Shown piece after piece: positions 43,259-53,500 of a stretch of DNA of 64,000 nucleotides. This DNA comes from a bacterium (lineage in GTDB: Bacteria > SAR324 > XYD2-FULL-50-16). A program made the position numbers and the translations under genes. The DNA lies in the NCBI GenBank assembly GCA_032250835.1, contig JAVVEA010000004.1:96001-160000 (forward strand), written 5' to 3'. The notes under the pieces were generated by a model. It was not told where the DNA came from, did not search any database, and saw only the letters and a program-made list of their open reading frames with translations. How positions within the stretch are numbered: the stretch's first letter is position 1; every line of letters starts with the position of its first letter.

Positions 43259-46114
43259 CTAAGCTCCGGGTTGGTCCGTCATATTGGAAGACTCCACATC
43301 AAGAACCATCAAGGGACGGTCCTCAAACAAGGTGGAACCCAAAAACAACTGGCCCTTGGCAAAGTCATCCAAGTCCGTGCGGATCGGCAAGGCGGCCTGA
43401 TGCACCACCTCATCTATCGGCAACAGGAACCTACCGTTGGCTTCACTTTTGATCGCCAAAAAACTTTGATGCCCTAAGGGATTTTGGGCTTTCACACCCC
43501 CGCCGAACAGCCGTTCTGGATACACCAGCGGTAAACGTCGGCCCCCCCAAATTGCGGTCTGTTGGCCCGGCAAATGCTCTAGTACTTGGACTTGCTTGGG
43601 CGAAACCAACTGCAAGATTTTGGCTTCAGGTAGCGCGAGGCGTAGCGAGCCGATCTGAACCACTAGGCAATGCAGGGTCACTTCAGACTTGGTGAAGTTT
43701 AACTCCCAACTGGTTCCCTGTCCCAGTTTGGTGGAAACCACATGGGTCCCGTTGAAGCGGGCCAAGACCTCTTTGACGGCGTTCAGGCCCACCCCGCGGC
43801 CAGCGTTTTGGTCCAGCGTCTGGGCCGTTGAAATCCCCTGCAGGAAGAGCAGGTCTAATACCTGTCGTTCGTCCATCTGCTCGACCTCCGCCAACCCCAC
43901 CACGCCAGCTTCCAAGGCCTTTGCGCGGACCCTGTCTAAATCCACCCCCCGGCCATCGTCTTCAATCCGAATCCACCGCGTTAAGATATCTTCACCAATG
44001 GTCAGGCCGATCCGGCCCTTTTCCGGCTTGCCTTGGCTACGGCGTTCCTCGGGCGTTTCCAGGCCGTGGACCACCGCATTTTTAAGCACATGGTTTAACA
44101 CCTCATGGGCGGCGGTCCAAAACTCACCGCTGGCCATTACGTTGCCCGTATCGACCACCAGTTCGACCTCCTTGCCGTACTCGCGGGCCACCGAGGGAAT
44201 CATCCTTAAATAACGGGAAACCTTGATGGGAACCTGATGGGCCGACTTGTGCAATTGCAGCAATTCGTTCAGCTGATGCCCGGCGCGGATTCGGCTTTCG
44301 GTAGGGATGTGGGGCCTAAGGTTGTAAAACAACGCCTCAAACCCACGGCGCAACTCAAAGTAACTTTGTTTGTGAACCGATAGATAAGCCTCTTCTTCCC
44401 GCTGTCTCAAGCCTCCGTCATCGGTGGACCGGCTTTCGACAAAGCGGCGGAACTCGGCGGCTTGTTCGCCGATCCAAGCCTTGGCTGAAAGGGCCTTTTC
44501 CTCGATTTCCTCTAGCCAAGCCGTCAGATCAACCTGGGGCACTCTGGCTTCGTTTAAGGCATCAATCCAGTCCTGTAAGGCGTCCACAAAGCGCGACAAG
44601 AAACGCCACAACTCGCCGGTCAGGACTAATTCCAACGCACCCAGGGGCTTGGTGATCTCTTCAATGGCGTGGCACAATTCTTTGGCCGCTGGAAAGATAA
44701 AGCCTAAACTCCCCTTTAAGCCATGTATTTTGTTGGAAACAAAGCGCAAGCGTTCTTGATATTTGGCCACCTGCTTACCCTTGAAGAAAGCGGCATATTC
44801 CTCGGGAATATAAGCCTCGCCTTCAAAGGCAAAGGTCTGCAATTTGGTCATCAACTTGGCGAGTTCCTCTGAAAGATTGATGCCATCGGCCAGAATGCTC
44901 TTTTGCGTTTCGGGATCTACAGTCACCGACATTTCCAAGATGCGCTTTTGCGCTTGGGCGTGTTTGGATAACACCACCACTTGGTCATCCAGATTGTCGG
45001 GCGTCAATTCCCCGTTCAAAACGCCCTCGGCGGCGTCGAAGCGGAAGTGGACCAAAAAACGGGTCTTCGGCTCACCGGGGCGTCCCAGGGCTAGCTTTAA
45101 GGGAAAGGGCGGGTCCTGCTGCTGTTTGAGCGCAAAATCCAGCAGCATGGTTTGGTCTGGGTCTTCAATGAATTCATTTAGCCTGGGGTAGCTGACCGGT
45201 TGGCCTTGCTCCAATTTTGCGCAAAGGTAGGGCTCTAGATCAAACCCGGCACTGATGATCTCAAAATCCGAGTTGACCTTGATGGCCATCTTATCCACCA
45301 CCTGCTGGATGCTGGAACGTTTTTCGCGGAGCTGGCTTTGGTCGCGGATCATCCCTAAATAACCGGAGAAGCCATCGCGATAATCCACACAGGGGTTCGC
45401 CCGGAAGCAGACCCACCGGATCTCGCCGTTTTGTTGTTTTAGACGGACCTCAGAAAGGTTGATCGCGGTGGCCGGTGCCTGCGGAGCGCTGCGTTCCAAT
45501 GCCGCCGCTTCGATCTGCTGCCAATCGTCGGGCTCGATCAACCTCGAAAGGCTCGACCCAAGTACCGCTTCTTCGGTATAGCCCGAGAGACTGGTCAACG
45601 AAGCGGAAACGTAGGTGATCCTAAATCCTTCGTCGCACTCAAAAAATAAGTCGGGCAACTCTTCTAACAACCGGCTGCGTCGGTCGGACTGGGTGAGTTG
45701 GCGGTGCAGTTGGTGGTATTTCAACCCCTGGCGCATGGCTCCTTCGATATCCGCCGACCGAAAGGGCTTTTGCAACCAATTTAAAATGCCCCGACTAGAG
45801 AGTGACTCGAAGGCCCCAAAGGGCTTCTGTTGCCCCAGGGCCAAGATGTAGTGGTGCTCTCTGGCGTGTTCGCCTAACAATTCCAGGTTGGTTTCGGCAG
45901 CGGGGTGGTCCAGATCGAGCAAAATGATCGCCGCTTGGCTGGCCGACATGCCATATTGCGCTTGTGATGCATCTTGTGGCCAGACCAAGGGGCAGCCTAC
46001 TTGAGAGGCGCTTTGTTCGATCAAATCTTTGAGTTCCGGCTCCAACCCGGACATGCCTAAAATATGAGGTGAGTTTGCTTCAATGATTCGGTTCATGAGG
46101 ATCAACCGGTTCAA
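43259..46114 (-). CDS. CheA-like kinase: REC-PAS-Hpt-HATPase-CheW
   Basis: LLDLD...KPF, PAS LPDLFFECD, IHGLKGSLG, KNAVVHGLE, DDGRG, AGRGVGL and a CheW-like tail; start may be ATG 46096. Confidence 0.88.
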   Translation of the reverse strand: MNRLILMNRIIEANSPHILGMSGLEPELKDLIEQSASQVGCPLVWPQDASQAQYGMSASQAAIILLDLDHPAAETNLELLGEHAREHHYILALGQQKPFGAFESLSSRGILNWLQKPFRSADIEGAMRQGLKYHQLHRQLTQSDRRSRLLEELPDLFFECDEGFRITYVSASLTSLSGYTEEAVLGSSLSRLIEPDDWQQIEAAALERSAPQAPATAINLSEVRLKQQNGEIRWVCFRANPCVDYRDGFSGYLGMIRDQSQLREKRSSIQQVVDKMAIKVNSDFEIISAGFDLEPYLCAKLEQGQPVSYPRLNEFIEDPDQTMLLDFALKQQQDPPFPLKLALGRPGEPKTRFLVHFRFDAAEGVLNGELTPDNLDDQVVVLSKHAQAQKRILEMSVTVDPETQKSILADGINLSEELAKLMTKLQTFAFEGEAYIPEEYAAFFKGKQVAKYQERLRFVSNKIHGLKGSLGFIFPAAKELCHAIEEITKPLGALELVLTGELWRFLSRFVDALQDWIDALNEARVPQVDLTAWLEEIEEKALSAKAWIGEQAAEFRRFVESRSTDDGGLRQREEEAYLSVHKQSYFELRRGFEALFYNLRPHIPTESRIRAGHQLNELLQLHKSAHQVPIKVSRYLRMIPSVAREYGKEVELVVDTGNVMASGEFWTAAHEVLNHVLKNAVVHGLETPEERRSQGKPEKGRIGLTIGEDILTRWIRIEDDGRGVDLDRVRAKALEAGVVGLAEVEQMDERQVLDLLFLQGISTAQTLDQNAGRGVGLNAVKEVLARFNGTHVVSTKLGQGTSWELNFTKSEVTLHCLVVQIGSLRLALPEAKILQLVSPKQVQVLEHLPGQQTAIWGGRRLPLVYPERLFGGGVKAQNPLGHQSFLAIKSEANGRFLLPIDEVVHQAALPIRTDLDDFAKGQLFLGSTLFEDRPLMVLDVESSNMTDQPGA

Positions 46115-46448
46115 AATTTATCAACTTCATAACTAGATTGGAGTCTATTTTGATCTCTAACTCTTTGTATCAATTTGCCGTTAAACCTCAGTTAACCGGT
46201 CCCAAACCCCTCTGCCATAGGCCTTGGGCGGATAAAGTTTGGGTTTCTTTGGTTGGGTACCAGGGCCCAAAGCTTAGACCAAAACCCAAAGTCTCAAGCC
46301 CTATCCGGTGGCCCATCCTTTGGGCTGGTCAAAGGTTTGTTCGGATTGGCCTGCAATCAGAAGGAAAGCCGGTGTTGGAAAAAAGGGGACCTCGGGCCTG
46401 GATCAAGCGGCTTTCGTTACCCCCAGACAAGCCCGACTTGCCTGGGGT

Positions 46449-46637
46449 TATGATCCGGCCAGAGTATAATTCCCTTCTCCTCGCCGCATAAAGTACCTGT
46501 ATTTTTAAAGAAGTTGCGAACTTTCGCAGGTCTTTTGGTGGGCTTTTCAGGTGCCCCAAGACGTTTGCTTTCAGTTCGGCCTTGTTCCGGGCTCGCTTGT
46601 GACCTGACGCGTTGGATTTAACCTACTTATTTAAAAA
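46449..46637 (-). mobile_element. IS630-family-like remnant (transposase C-terminus + right end)
   Basis: FLNK*VKSNASGHKRARNKAELKANVLGHLKS / KRPAKVRNFFK / YAA followed by ggccggatcata, resembling IS630 transposase C-termini. Confidence 0.7.
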
Positions 46638-46679
46638 TGTAGATCCATGTGGTTATAGTGAATGGACCCATAACCACCC

Positions 46680-48539
46680 CTAAAGCTCCGCAAAGTAATC
46701 AAAAACCGCCAGGGCGTCTTTGTCGGAAAGGCCCGGCGTGGCGGCTAGGTCTTCGGGCATTGCGGCTTTGATGGCCCCGAGACTGCCGAAATGCTTGAGC
46801 AGGGCCTTGCGTTTGGTGGGGCCGATGCCGGGGATTTCTTCTAGGCCCGACTTGGTGGCCGCCTTGGCGCGTAGTTTGCGGTGGTGGGTGATGGCGAAGC
46901 GGTGGGCCTCGTCGCGGATGCGCTGCAAGAAAAACAGGGTGCTGCTGTTTTTGCGTAGATGGACCGGATTTTTGCGGTTCGGTTTGACCACATATTCATA
47001 GTCTTCTTCAAACTTCTCGACCCCCTGGCGTTTTTCGCTGCGCCCCTTGGCTAGGCCGATCACCTCCGTGTCGCGCTGGTCGAGGCCTAAATCACTTAAA
47101 ATAGACATTGCCGCTGAGAGTTGGCCCTTGCCGCCATCGATGATGATCAAGTCGGGCCAAGCGGCGTCTTCTTCGCTAAGTCTTTTGTAGCGGCGCTTGA
47201 GTACCTCTTCCATGCTGGCGAAGTCGTTGGGGCCCTCGACGGTCTTGATTTTAAAGATCCGGTAGTCCTGCTTGTAGGGTTTGTTTTCCTCAAAGACCAC
47301 GCAACTGGCCACCGAGTTTTTGCCCATGGTGTTGGAAATATCAAAACACTCCACCCGGTTGGGCCGGCGCGCAAGGTGCAGCACCTTCTGGGCCTCTTCT
47401 AAAATCAACTCTTCGGCCTTGGCCCCCATCATGCGCAGCTTGAGGTTGTCTTCGCCGTTGCGTTGCGCCATTTCCATCAGGCTTTTTTTGTCGCCCCGCT
47501 GGGGCGTGAGCAGGTGCACCTTGGTTTGGCGGCGCTGGACGAAGTATTCTTCTAAAATCTCCATATCGTCGTTGACCATCGGCAACAAGATCTCCTTGGG
47601 CAGGGGCTTGTCGCCTGCGAAATACAGCCGCGCCATGGCGGACCGCAAGAGTTCTTGGTCGCTATATTGTTCGCCTTCTTTAAAGAAAATAAAGTCGTCC
47701 GAAAGCAACACCCCGCCGCGCAAGAACAGCAACTGGACCCCCGCAAAACCGCCCTGGCGCACCAGTGCTAAGACGTCGCGGTCGGTACGGTCTTTACTCA
47801 AGACCCGCTGCTTGGTGAAGGTGTTGCGCACCGCCTTGAGCTGGTCGCGCACCAGCGCCGCTTCCTCAAAGCGCATAGCCTCGGACTTGGCCTTCATCTC
47901 GGCCTCCAAACGACCCAACAATTCCTCATGGTGCCCTTTGAGCAGCCATACCACCTTTTCGACCAACTGGCCGTAATCCTCGGGCGTTACCTCCCCGTCA
48001 CAGGGGCCCAAGCAACGGCCCATTTGTTTGTTGAGACAGGGGCGGTAGGTCTTGGTGCCCTCTAAGTCAAATTTACTTTGGCGTAGCGGGAAGTAGCGGC
48101 GGATGGTGGACATCGCCGCGCGGGCCGTCTTGACCGAAACATAGGGGCCAAAATAGAGGGAGCCGTCCTTCTTGGGGTTGCGCACCAGATAGAGCCTGGG
48201 GAAGCGCTCCTTGATGGTCAGTTGGAAGTAGGGGTAAGACTTATCGTCCTTTAGTTCAATGTTGTACTTGGGCCGGTGGGTCTTGATCAGGTGGTCTTCT
48301 AAGATCAGTGCCTCCACCTCGTTGTGGGTGACGATCCAAGCCAGGTCCGCCACCTTGCCCACCCAGTGGGACACCCGGGGGTCGTGGGCGGCGGTGGCGG
48401 CAAAGTAGCTTTTGACCCGATTTTTGAGGCTTTTGGCCTTGCCGACATAGATGATCTTGCCCCGGTCGTTTAAAAAGCGGTAAACGCCCGGTTCGCTGGG
48501 CAGCAGCGCTAATTTTTCAGATAGGACGGTTTCGGCCAT
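46680..48539 (-). CDS. uvrC: Excinuclease ABC subunit C
   Basis: GVY...YVGKAK GIY-YIG, ECFDISN, IDGGKGQL, RDEAHRFA and HhH IPGIGP motifs. Confidence 0.97.
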   Translation of the reverse strand: MAETVLSEKLALLPSEPGVYRFLNDRGKIIYVGKAKSLKNRVKSYFAATAAHDPRVSHWVGKVADLAWIVTHNEVEALILEDHLIKTHRPKYNIELKDDKSYPYFQLTIKERFPRLYLVRNPKKDGSLYFGPYVSVKTARAAMSTIRRYFPLRQSKFDLEGTKTYRPCLNKQMGRCLGPCDGEVTPEDYGQLVEKVVWLLKGHHEELLGRLEAEMKAKSEAMRFEEAALVRDQLKAVRNTFTKQRVLSKDRTDRDVLALVRQGGFAGVQLLFLRGGVLLSDDFIFFKEGEQYSDQELLRSAMARLYFAGDKPLPKEILLPMVNDDMEILEEYFVQRRQTKVHLLTPQRGDKKSLMEMAQRNGEDNLKLRMMGAKAEELILEEAQKVLHLARRPNRVECFDISNTMGKNSVASCVVFEENKPYKQDYRIFKIKTVEGPNDFASMEEVLKRRYKRLSEEDAAWPDLIIIDGGKGQLSAAMSILSDLGLDQRDTEVIGLAKGRSEKRQGVEKFEEDYEYVVKPNRKNPVHLRKNSSTLFFLQRIRDEAHRFAITHHRKLRAKAATKSGLEEIPGIGPTKRKALLKHFGSLGAIKAAMPEDLAATPGLSDKDALAVFDYFAEL

Positions 48540-48688
48540 TTTTGGAGGCTCCTGGCGGTTTGGGCTTGTCCTTGGGACTCTAAAACGTTAGGCTTAATGG
48601 ATTGCCTTGAAGGCAGAATAGAACAACCCCGAGCGGGCGGCAAGCCAAGCTTCGCTGCGGCGGTTTCCCCACCAATCTTATAGGACCC

Positions 48689-49309
48689 ATGAAGGATCTG
48701 TACGTAACCTGCCTGGACTTAGAAGGCGTTTTAGTACCCGAAGTCTGGATCAACGTAGCCAAAAAGACGGGTATCGAAAAGCTCAACCTGACCACCCGCG
48801 ACATCCCGGACTACAACGAGTTGATGGATATCCGATTAAAGGTGATCGAAGAGCATGGCCTTAAGTTGCAAGACATCCAGGCGGTGATCGCTACCTTGAC
48901 GCCCTTTGAGGGGGCCCGCGAGTTTTTGGGCTGGCTCAAGGAGCGTTGTCAGGTATTGATCCTCTCGGACACCTTCATCGAGTTCGCTAAGCCGCTGATG
49001 GCCCAATTGGACATGCCCACCATCTTCTGCCACAGCCTCAGCACCCACCCCGACGGACAGATTGCCAATTATCATCTGCGCATCGACGACCCCAAACGCC
49101 GCGCGGTCCGCGCTCTGCGGGACCTGAATTTTAAGACCATCGCCGCCGGGGACAGCTTCAACGACACCAGCATGCTCGAAGAAGCCCATCAGGGCATCTT
49201 CTTCCGCCCTCCGGCCGCCATCGCCGCCCAATTCCCGCAATACCCAGTGGTGCAGGATTTTGAAGCCTTTAAAGCCGAGTTGAATAAACACCTCCCTGAT
49301 CCCTACTAA
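48689..49309 (+). CDS. thrH: Phosphoserine phosphatase/homoserine phosphotransferase
   Basis: CLDLEGVLVPE, TTRDIPDY, ILSDTF and AAGDSFNDTSML motifs. Confidence 0.93.
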   Translation: MKDLYVTCLDLEGVLVPEVWINVAKKTGIEKLNLTTRDIPDYNELMDIRLKVIEEHGLKLQDIQAVIATLTPFEGAREFLGWLKERCQVLILSDTFIEFAKPLMAQLDMPTIFCHSLSTHPDGQIANYHLRIDDPKRRAVRALRDLNFKTIAAGDSFNDTSMLEEAHQGIFFRPPAAIAAQFPQYPVVQDFEAFKAELNKHLPDPY

Positions 49310-49315
49310 GACGCC

Positions 49316-50554
49316 ATGAGCCCCATCCAACGGCTCTTTAGCGAACCCCATCGTCTCTATTTCACCAGCGGCGCTTTGGCGCTGCTGTTGCCCATGGCTT
49401 GGTGGGGTCATTATCTGGCCCTACGGCTGATCCGCCCGCCGGAACTTTACGGCAACCCGCTGGCGGTGCACGCCTTTGGTCTGCTTTTCGGGGCCTTTCC
49501 CTTGGCGGGGTTGGGCTTTTTGTTTACCGCCTTCCCGCGCTGGTGTGATTCTTTAGATCATTTGGGCAAAAGTTATCTGGGGCCCTGGTGGACCTTGAGC
49601 TTTGGCCTGATCTTTTACTTTTTCCAGCTTTGGAGCCAAGGGCCCTGGGGGCGGATTGGGGCCTTTTTGCTCTTTGTGGGCTTACTCTGGGCTTGGTTGC
49701 ACTTGGCCCGGCTTTGGAAGGCAGGACGTCAGCCCGACAAACGCCAACCGCTGTACCTGCTGCTGGTGTTCTTCGGCGGTGTGGCGGGCTCAGGTTTGGC
49801 CGCACTCTACCAATACTTCCCCAACCCGGCCCTGTACAACACGGCGCTGGCCTTGGGCGTCTATTTCTTTTGGCCGGGGTTGGTTTTGGTGATCGGCTGG
49901 CGGTTGCTACCCTTTTTTACTGAAAGCCGCTTAGGGCCCATCGGCTGCCGCTCAATGCCCTGGGCTTTGCCTCTGTGGATCGTCGGCTTGGCGGTCAAAG
50001 CGACCGGGCAGGTCTTGGACTTCAAGCAGCTTTGGCTGCTTTCGGACGGGCTCTTGCTGGGCGTGACGCTGGTTCAGTTTTATCATTGGAAGCTTTGGCG
50101 GCGTAAAGAGATGATGCTCTCGTACCTTTACCTTGCCCTGGCTTGGTTCCCCGTCTCCTTGTTGTTTGGGCTGGCTGCCGGTTGGGACCGATTGAGCGGC
50201 GGTTATGAGTTGCATTTGGACATGGCCGGGGTCCACGCGTTGACCGTGGGGATGATGGCCAGCATGCTTTTTGCCATGCTCAGCCGGGTTTCCATGGGCC
50301 ATTTTGGTTTGCGTCCGGCGGCGACTTGGCTGACCAATACAGTTTTCTTTTTGTTGCAGTTAGCCGCCCTAAGCCGGGTAGGCCTGGAATTAGCGCTGAT
50401 CGCCCAAGCCAATGTCTTGAGCTGGTTGAGCCTCCCGGCGGGCCTTTGGCTGGCTGCTTTTGGCCTCTGGGCCTTGAGGTTTTTGCCTTTTTACTTTAAA
50501 CCTAGAGCCGACGACGCGCCCGAAGCGCCCCGGTCGGTACCACCCCAACCTTAG
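49316..50554 (+). CDS. nnrS: NnrS-family membrane protein
   Basis: PHRLYF, GFLFTAFPRW, RLLPFFT and HALTVG...RVSMGH motifs. Confidence 0.85.
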   Translation: MSPIQRLFSEPHRLYFTSGALALLLPMAWWGHYLALRLIRPPELYGNPLAVHAFGLLFGAFPLAGLGFLFTAFPRWCDSLDHLGKSYLGPWWTLSFGLIFYFFQLWSQGPWGRIGAFLLFVGLLWAWLHLARLWKAGRQPDKRQPLYLLLVFFGGVAGSGLAALYQYFPNPALYNTALALGVYFFWPGLVLVIGWRLLPFFTESRLGPIGCRSMPWALPLWIVGLAVKATGQVLDFKQLWLLSDGLLLGVTLVQFYHWKLWRRKEMMLSYLYLALAWFPVSLLFGLAAGWDRLSGGYELHLDMAGVHALTVGMMASMLFAMLSRVSMGHFGLRPAATWLTNTVFFLLQLAALSRVGLELALIAQANVLSWLSLPAGLWLAAFGLWALRFLPFYFKPRADDAPEAPRSVPPQP

Positions 50555-50560
50555 AGATTT

Positions 50561-53500
50561 ATGACCCGCGAAGAGTTCCAAAAGCTGCTGGACAGCCAAG
50601 TATTCTTGATCGACGGTGCCATGGGCACGATGATCCAAAATTACGGCTTTGGCCCCGAGGTTTACGGTGGCGAAGTCTTCCAGATGCTTTCGGACTTGTT
50701 GGTCTTCTCTCGGCCCGATGCGGTCAAAGAAGTGCACTTGGCCTATTACCGGTCCGGCAGCAACGCGGTGGAAACCAACAGCTTCGGGGCCTCGCCGCTG
50801 CGTTTGGCGGAGTTTGACTTTTCTGGGTTGGACTTAAGCGAATTCCCCGAGGAATTTCAGGACATCAACCGCCTGCCCCTAAAAGAATTTGCCTATAAGA
50901 TGAGCTATCAGGCCATCAAGATCGGCTTAGCAGCCAAAGAAGAATACGCCGCCAGCCCCGAATATGATGGCCGCTCCCTGGCCGTCTTGGGTAGCATCGG
51001 CCCCAGCAACTGGGTCTTGAGCCCCACCCACGCAGACTTGCACAAAGGCAAGTTCGACCAGATCGAAGACAACTTCTTCGAACAGGTGCGCGCCATGATC
51101 GACGCGGGGGTGGATATCCTGCTCTTTGAAACCCAACAGGACATGCTGGAACTGAAGGCCGCGGTCTTCGGAGCCCAGCGGGCCATGAAGGAATGCGGGC
51201 GCGAAGTGGCCATCATCACCCAAGTGACGGTGGACCAATTCTCGAAGATGCAGATTTTCCATACCGACGTGCAGGCCGCCTTGGTGACGCTGCAAGGCAT
51301 CGGCATCAGCGCCTTCGGCATCAACTGCTCAATCGGCCCCGACCTGATGCGCCCTACCGTCGAAAAGCTGGTTAAATATTCTCAAATCCCTATTTCGGTG
51401 ATCCCCAACGCGGGTCTGCCGGTTTCTGAGAATGGCCAGACGGTCTTTAAGCTGCAGCCCGAAGACTTCGCCAACTTCATTGAGCCCTATATCGAAATGG
51501 GCGTGAATATCGTCGGCGGTTGTTGCGGTACCAGCCCGGCGCATATCGCCGCCTTGGCCCAAAAGGTCAAAGGCAAGACCCCCCGCCCCCGCAAGCCTCA
51601 TCAGGGTCTTTGGGTTTCAGGGCCCCAGCGGGCCATCGAGATTGACGGGGACGACGCCTTGGTACGCATCGGCGAGCGCCTCAACGTGCGGGGCTCCAAA
51701 AAGGTGCGGGACGCCGTGGAAAACGAGACGGGCATCGACCAATCGGTCTTAGAAGAGGTGGTCAAGGAGCAGGTCGAGGATTTAGGCATCGAGGTGTTGG
51801 ACGTCTGTATGGACAGCAACCAAGTGAATACCGCCGAGACCTTGGTTTCTGTGATCAAGGGCCAGTGCGTGGACTTCTCCGGGGCCTTCTGTATCGACAG
51901 CTTTGACGTAGAGGCCCTAGCCGAAGCGATCAAGGCCTATCCGGGCCGCCCGATCATCAACAGTATTTCCTTAGAAGAATACGCCGAGGGGCTCGATAAG
52001 GTGGACGCCGTTTTGGCCGTGACCAAGGCCCACGCGCCGCTGTACATTGCCCTGACTACCGGCCCCGAAGGCCCGGCGGTGACCAAGGAACAGAAGATCG
52101 ACTTGGCGAGCCAAATCCTCAAGAAAGCCATCGAGAAACATGGCCAGAAGCCCGAACAGTTTTTGGTGGACATCAACGCCTTCCCGATCGGTTCCGAATC
52201 CGAAGAGGGGATGAACTTCGCGCTCGAATCGATCCACTCGATCAAAGGGATCAAGGCGCTTTATCCGGGCGTAAAAACCACCATCGGCGTCGGCAACCTG
52301 ACCAACGGCTTGGCCAAAAAGCCTTACATGCGCAAGGTTTTGACCTCCGTCTTCTTAGACGAGGCCCGCAAAGAGGGCTTAGACGCCGCCATCGTCAACC
52401 CCCAGCACTACGTCCCCATCGAGTCTTTGCCCGAATCGGACCGGGCCTTGGGTTTGAAGATTGTGTTGGAGCGGGACATGGACGCCTTTGCGTTGCTAGA
52501 GGAAATCGCCGAAGCCAAGAAGGGCGGCCCGGTAGTGAAAAAGACCCGCTACGAGGACCTAAGCGACATCGAGGCGATCTGCCAGAAGATCAAAGACGGG
52601 CACAAGGAACGATCCGCCGGGCAGGTGAGCCTAGACGGGGCGAGCTATGACTATGCCGATAAAATTGTCGAGCAGGTAGCCAAAGTGGTCCGCGACGGGA
52701 TGGAGCCCTTGGTGATGATCAACGACCATTTAATGGTCGCCATGGAACAGCTAGGCGAAGGCTTTGCGGACGGACAGGTTTCGCTGCCCCACTTGCTCAA
52801 GGCAGCCGACGTGATGAAGCAGGTGATGGGCTTTTTGGAAACCTTCATGAAAGCCCGCCAAGGCCAGAGTGGCGACGTGCCGATCAAGGGCACGGTGGTG
52901 TTGGGCACGGTCTACCAGGACGTGCACAGCATTGGCAAAGACCTGACCAAAACGCTGATGGAAAACTATGGCTACCGGGTGATCGACCTGGGGGTACAGG
53001 TGCCGCTGGCTAAGTTTGTGGAGACGGCCATGGCCGAAGGGGCCACCACTATTGGGGCTTCGGCGCTGTTGGTGCAGACCAGCAACCACATGATCACCCT
53101 GTCTAAAATGATGGAAGAAGCGGGCTTGGGCGACAAGGTAGACCTGCTGATCGGCGGGGCTCCGGTGAGCCAGCGCCATGCTGCCCAGGTGGCCTTGGCG
53201 GGCCGCGAAGACCAGATGCGCTCCAATGTCTTTTACTGCGGTTCGGCGATGGACGGCGTCAATATCTTAAGCCAACTTTCCGAGGGCCCTCGGCGCGACG
53301 AACTGCTGGTGAAAAACAAAGAACGCTTAGAAGAGGCCTTGGTGACCGGAGCCCAACGGGCGGCCAATCAGGCGGCCTTGATGGCCAGCCTGCCTCACCG
53401 CGCCGTGAGTGAGCGGGCCGGGGCGGGGATCGAAAAGGCCATTGGGCCCCAAGAGGTCCATATCCCGCTGACCCAATTTGTAGAAAAGCTGAACCAGACG

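Noticed and set aside
46383-46476. Rod-like hairpin considered as 6S or SRP RNA
   Set aside because: It lacks the SRP GGAA-loop motif and any 6S features I can recognise, and it overlaps the IS end.
46138-46559. ORFs 46138-46491, 46253-46453 and 46329-46559
   Set aside because: No recognisable motifs, and 46329-46559 is partly the decayed transposase frame.
42980-46907. uvrC duplicate as a DGR template/variable repeat pair
   Set aside because: There are few mismatches, they are not adenine-specific, and no reverse transcriptase is in the window.
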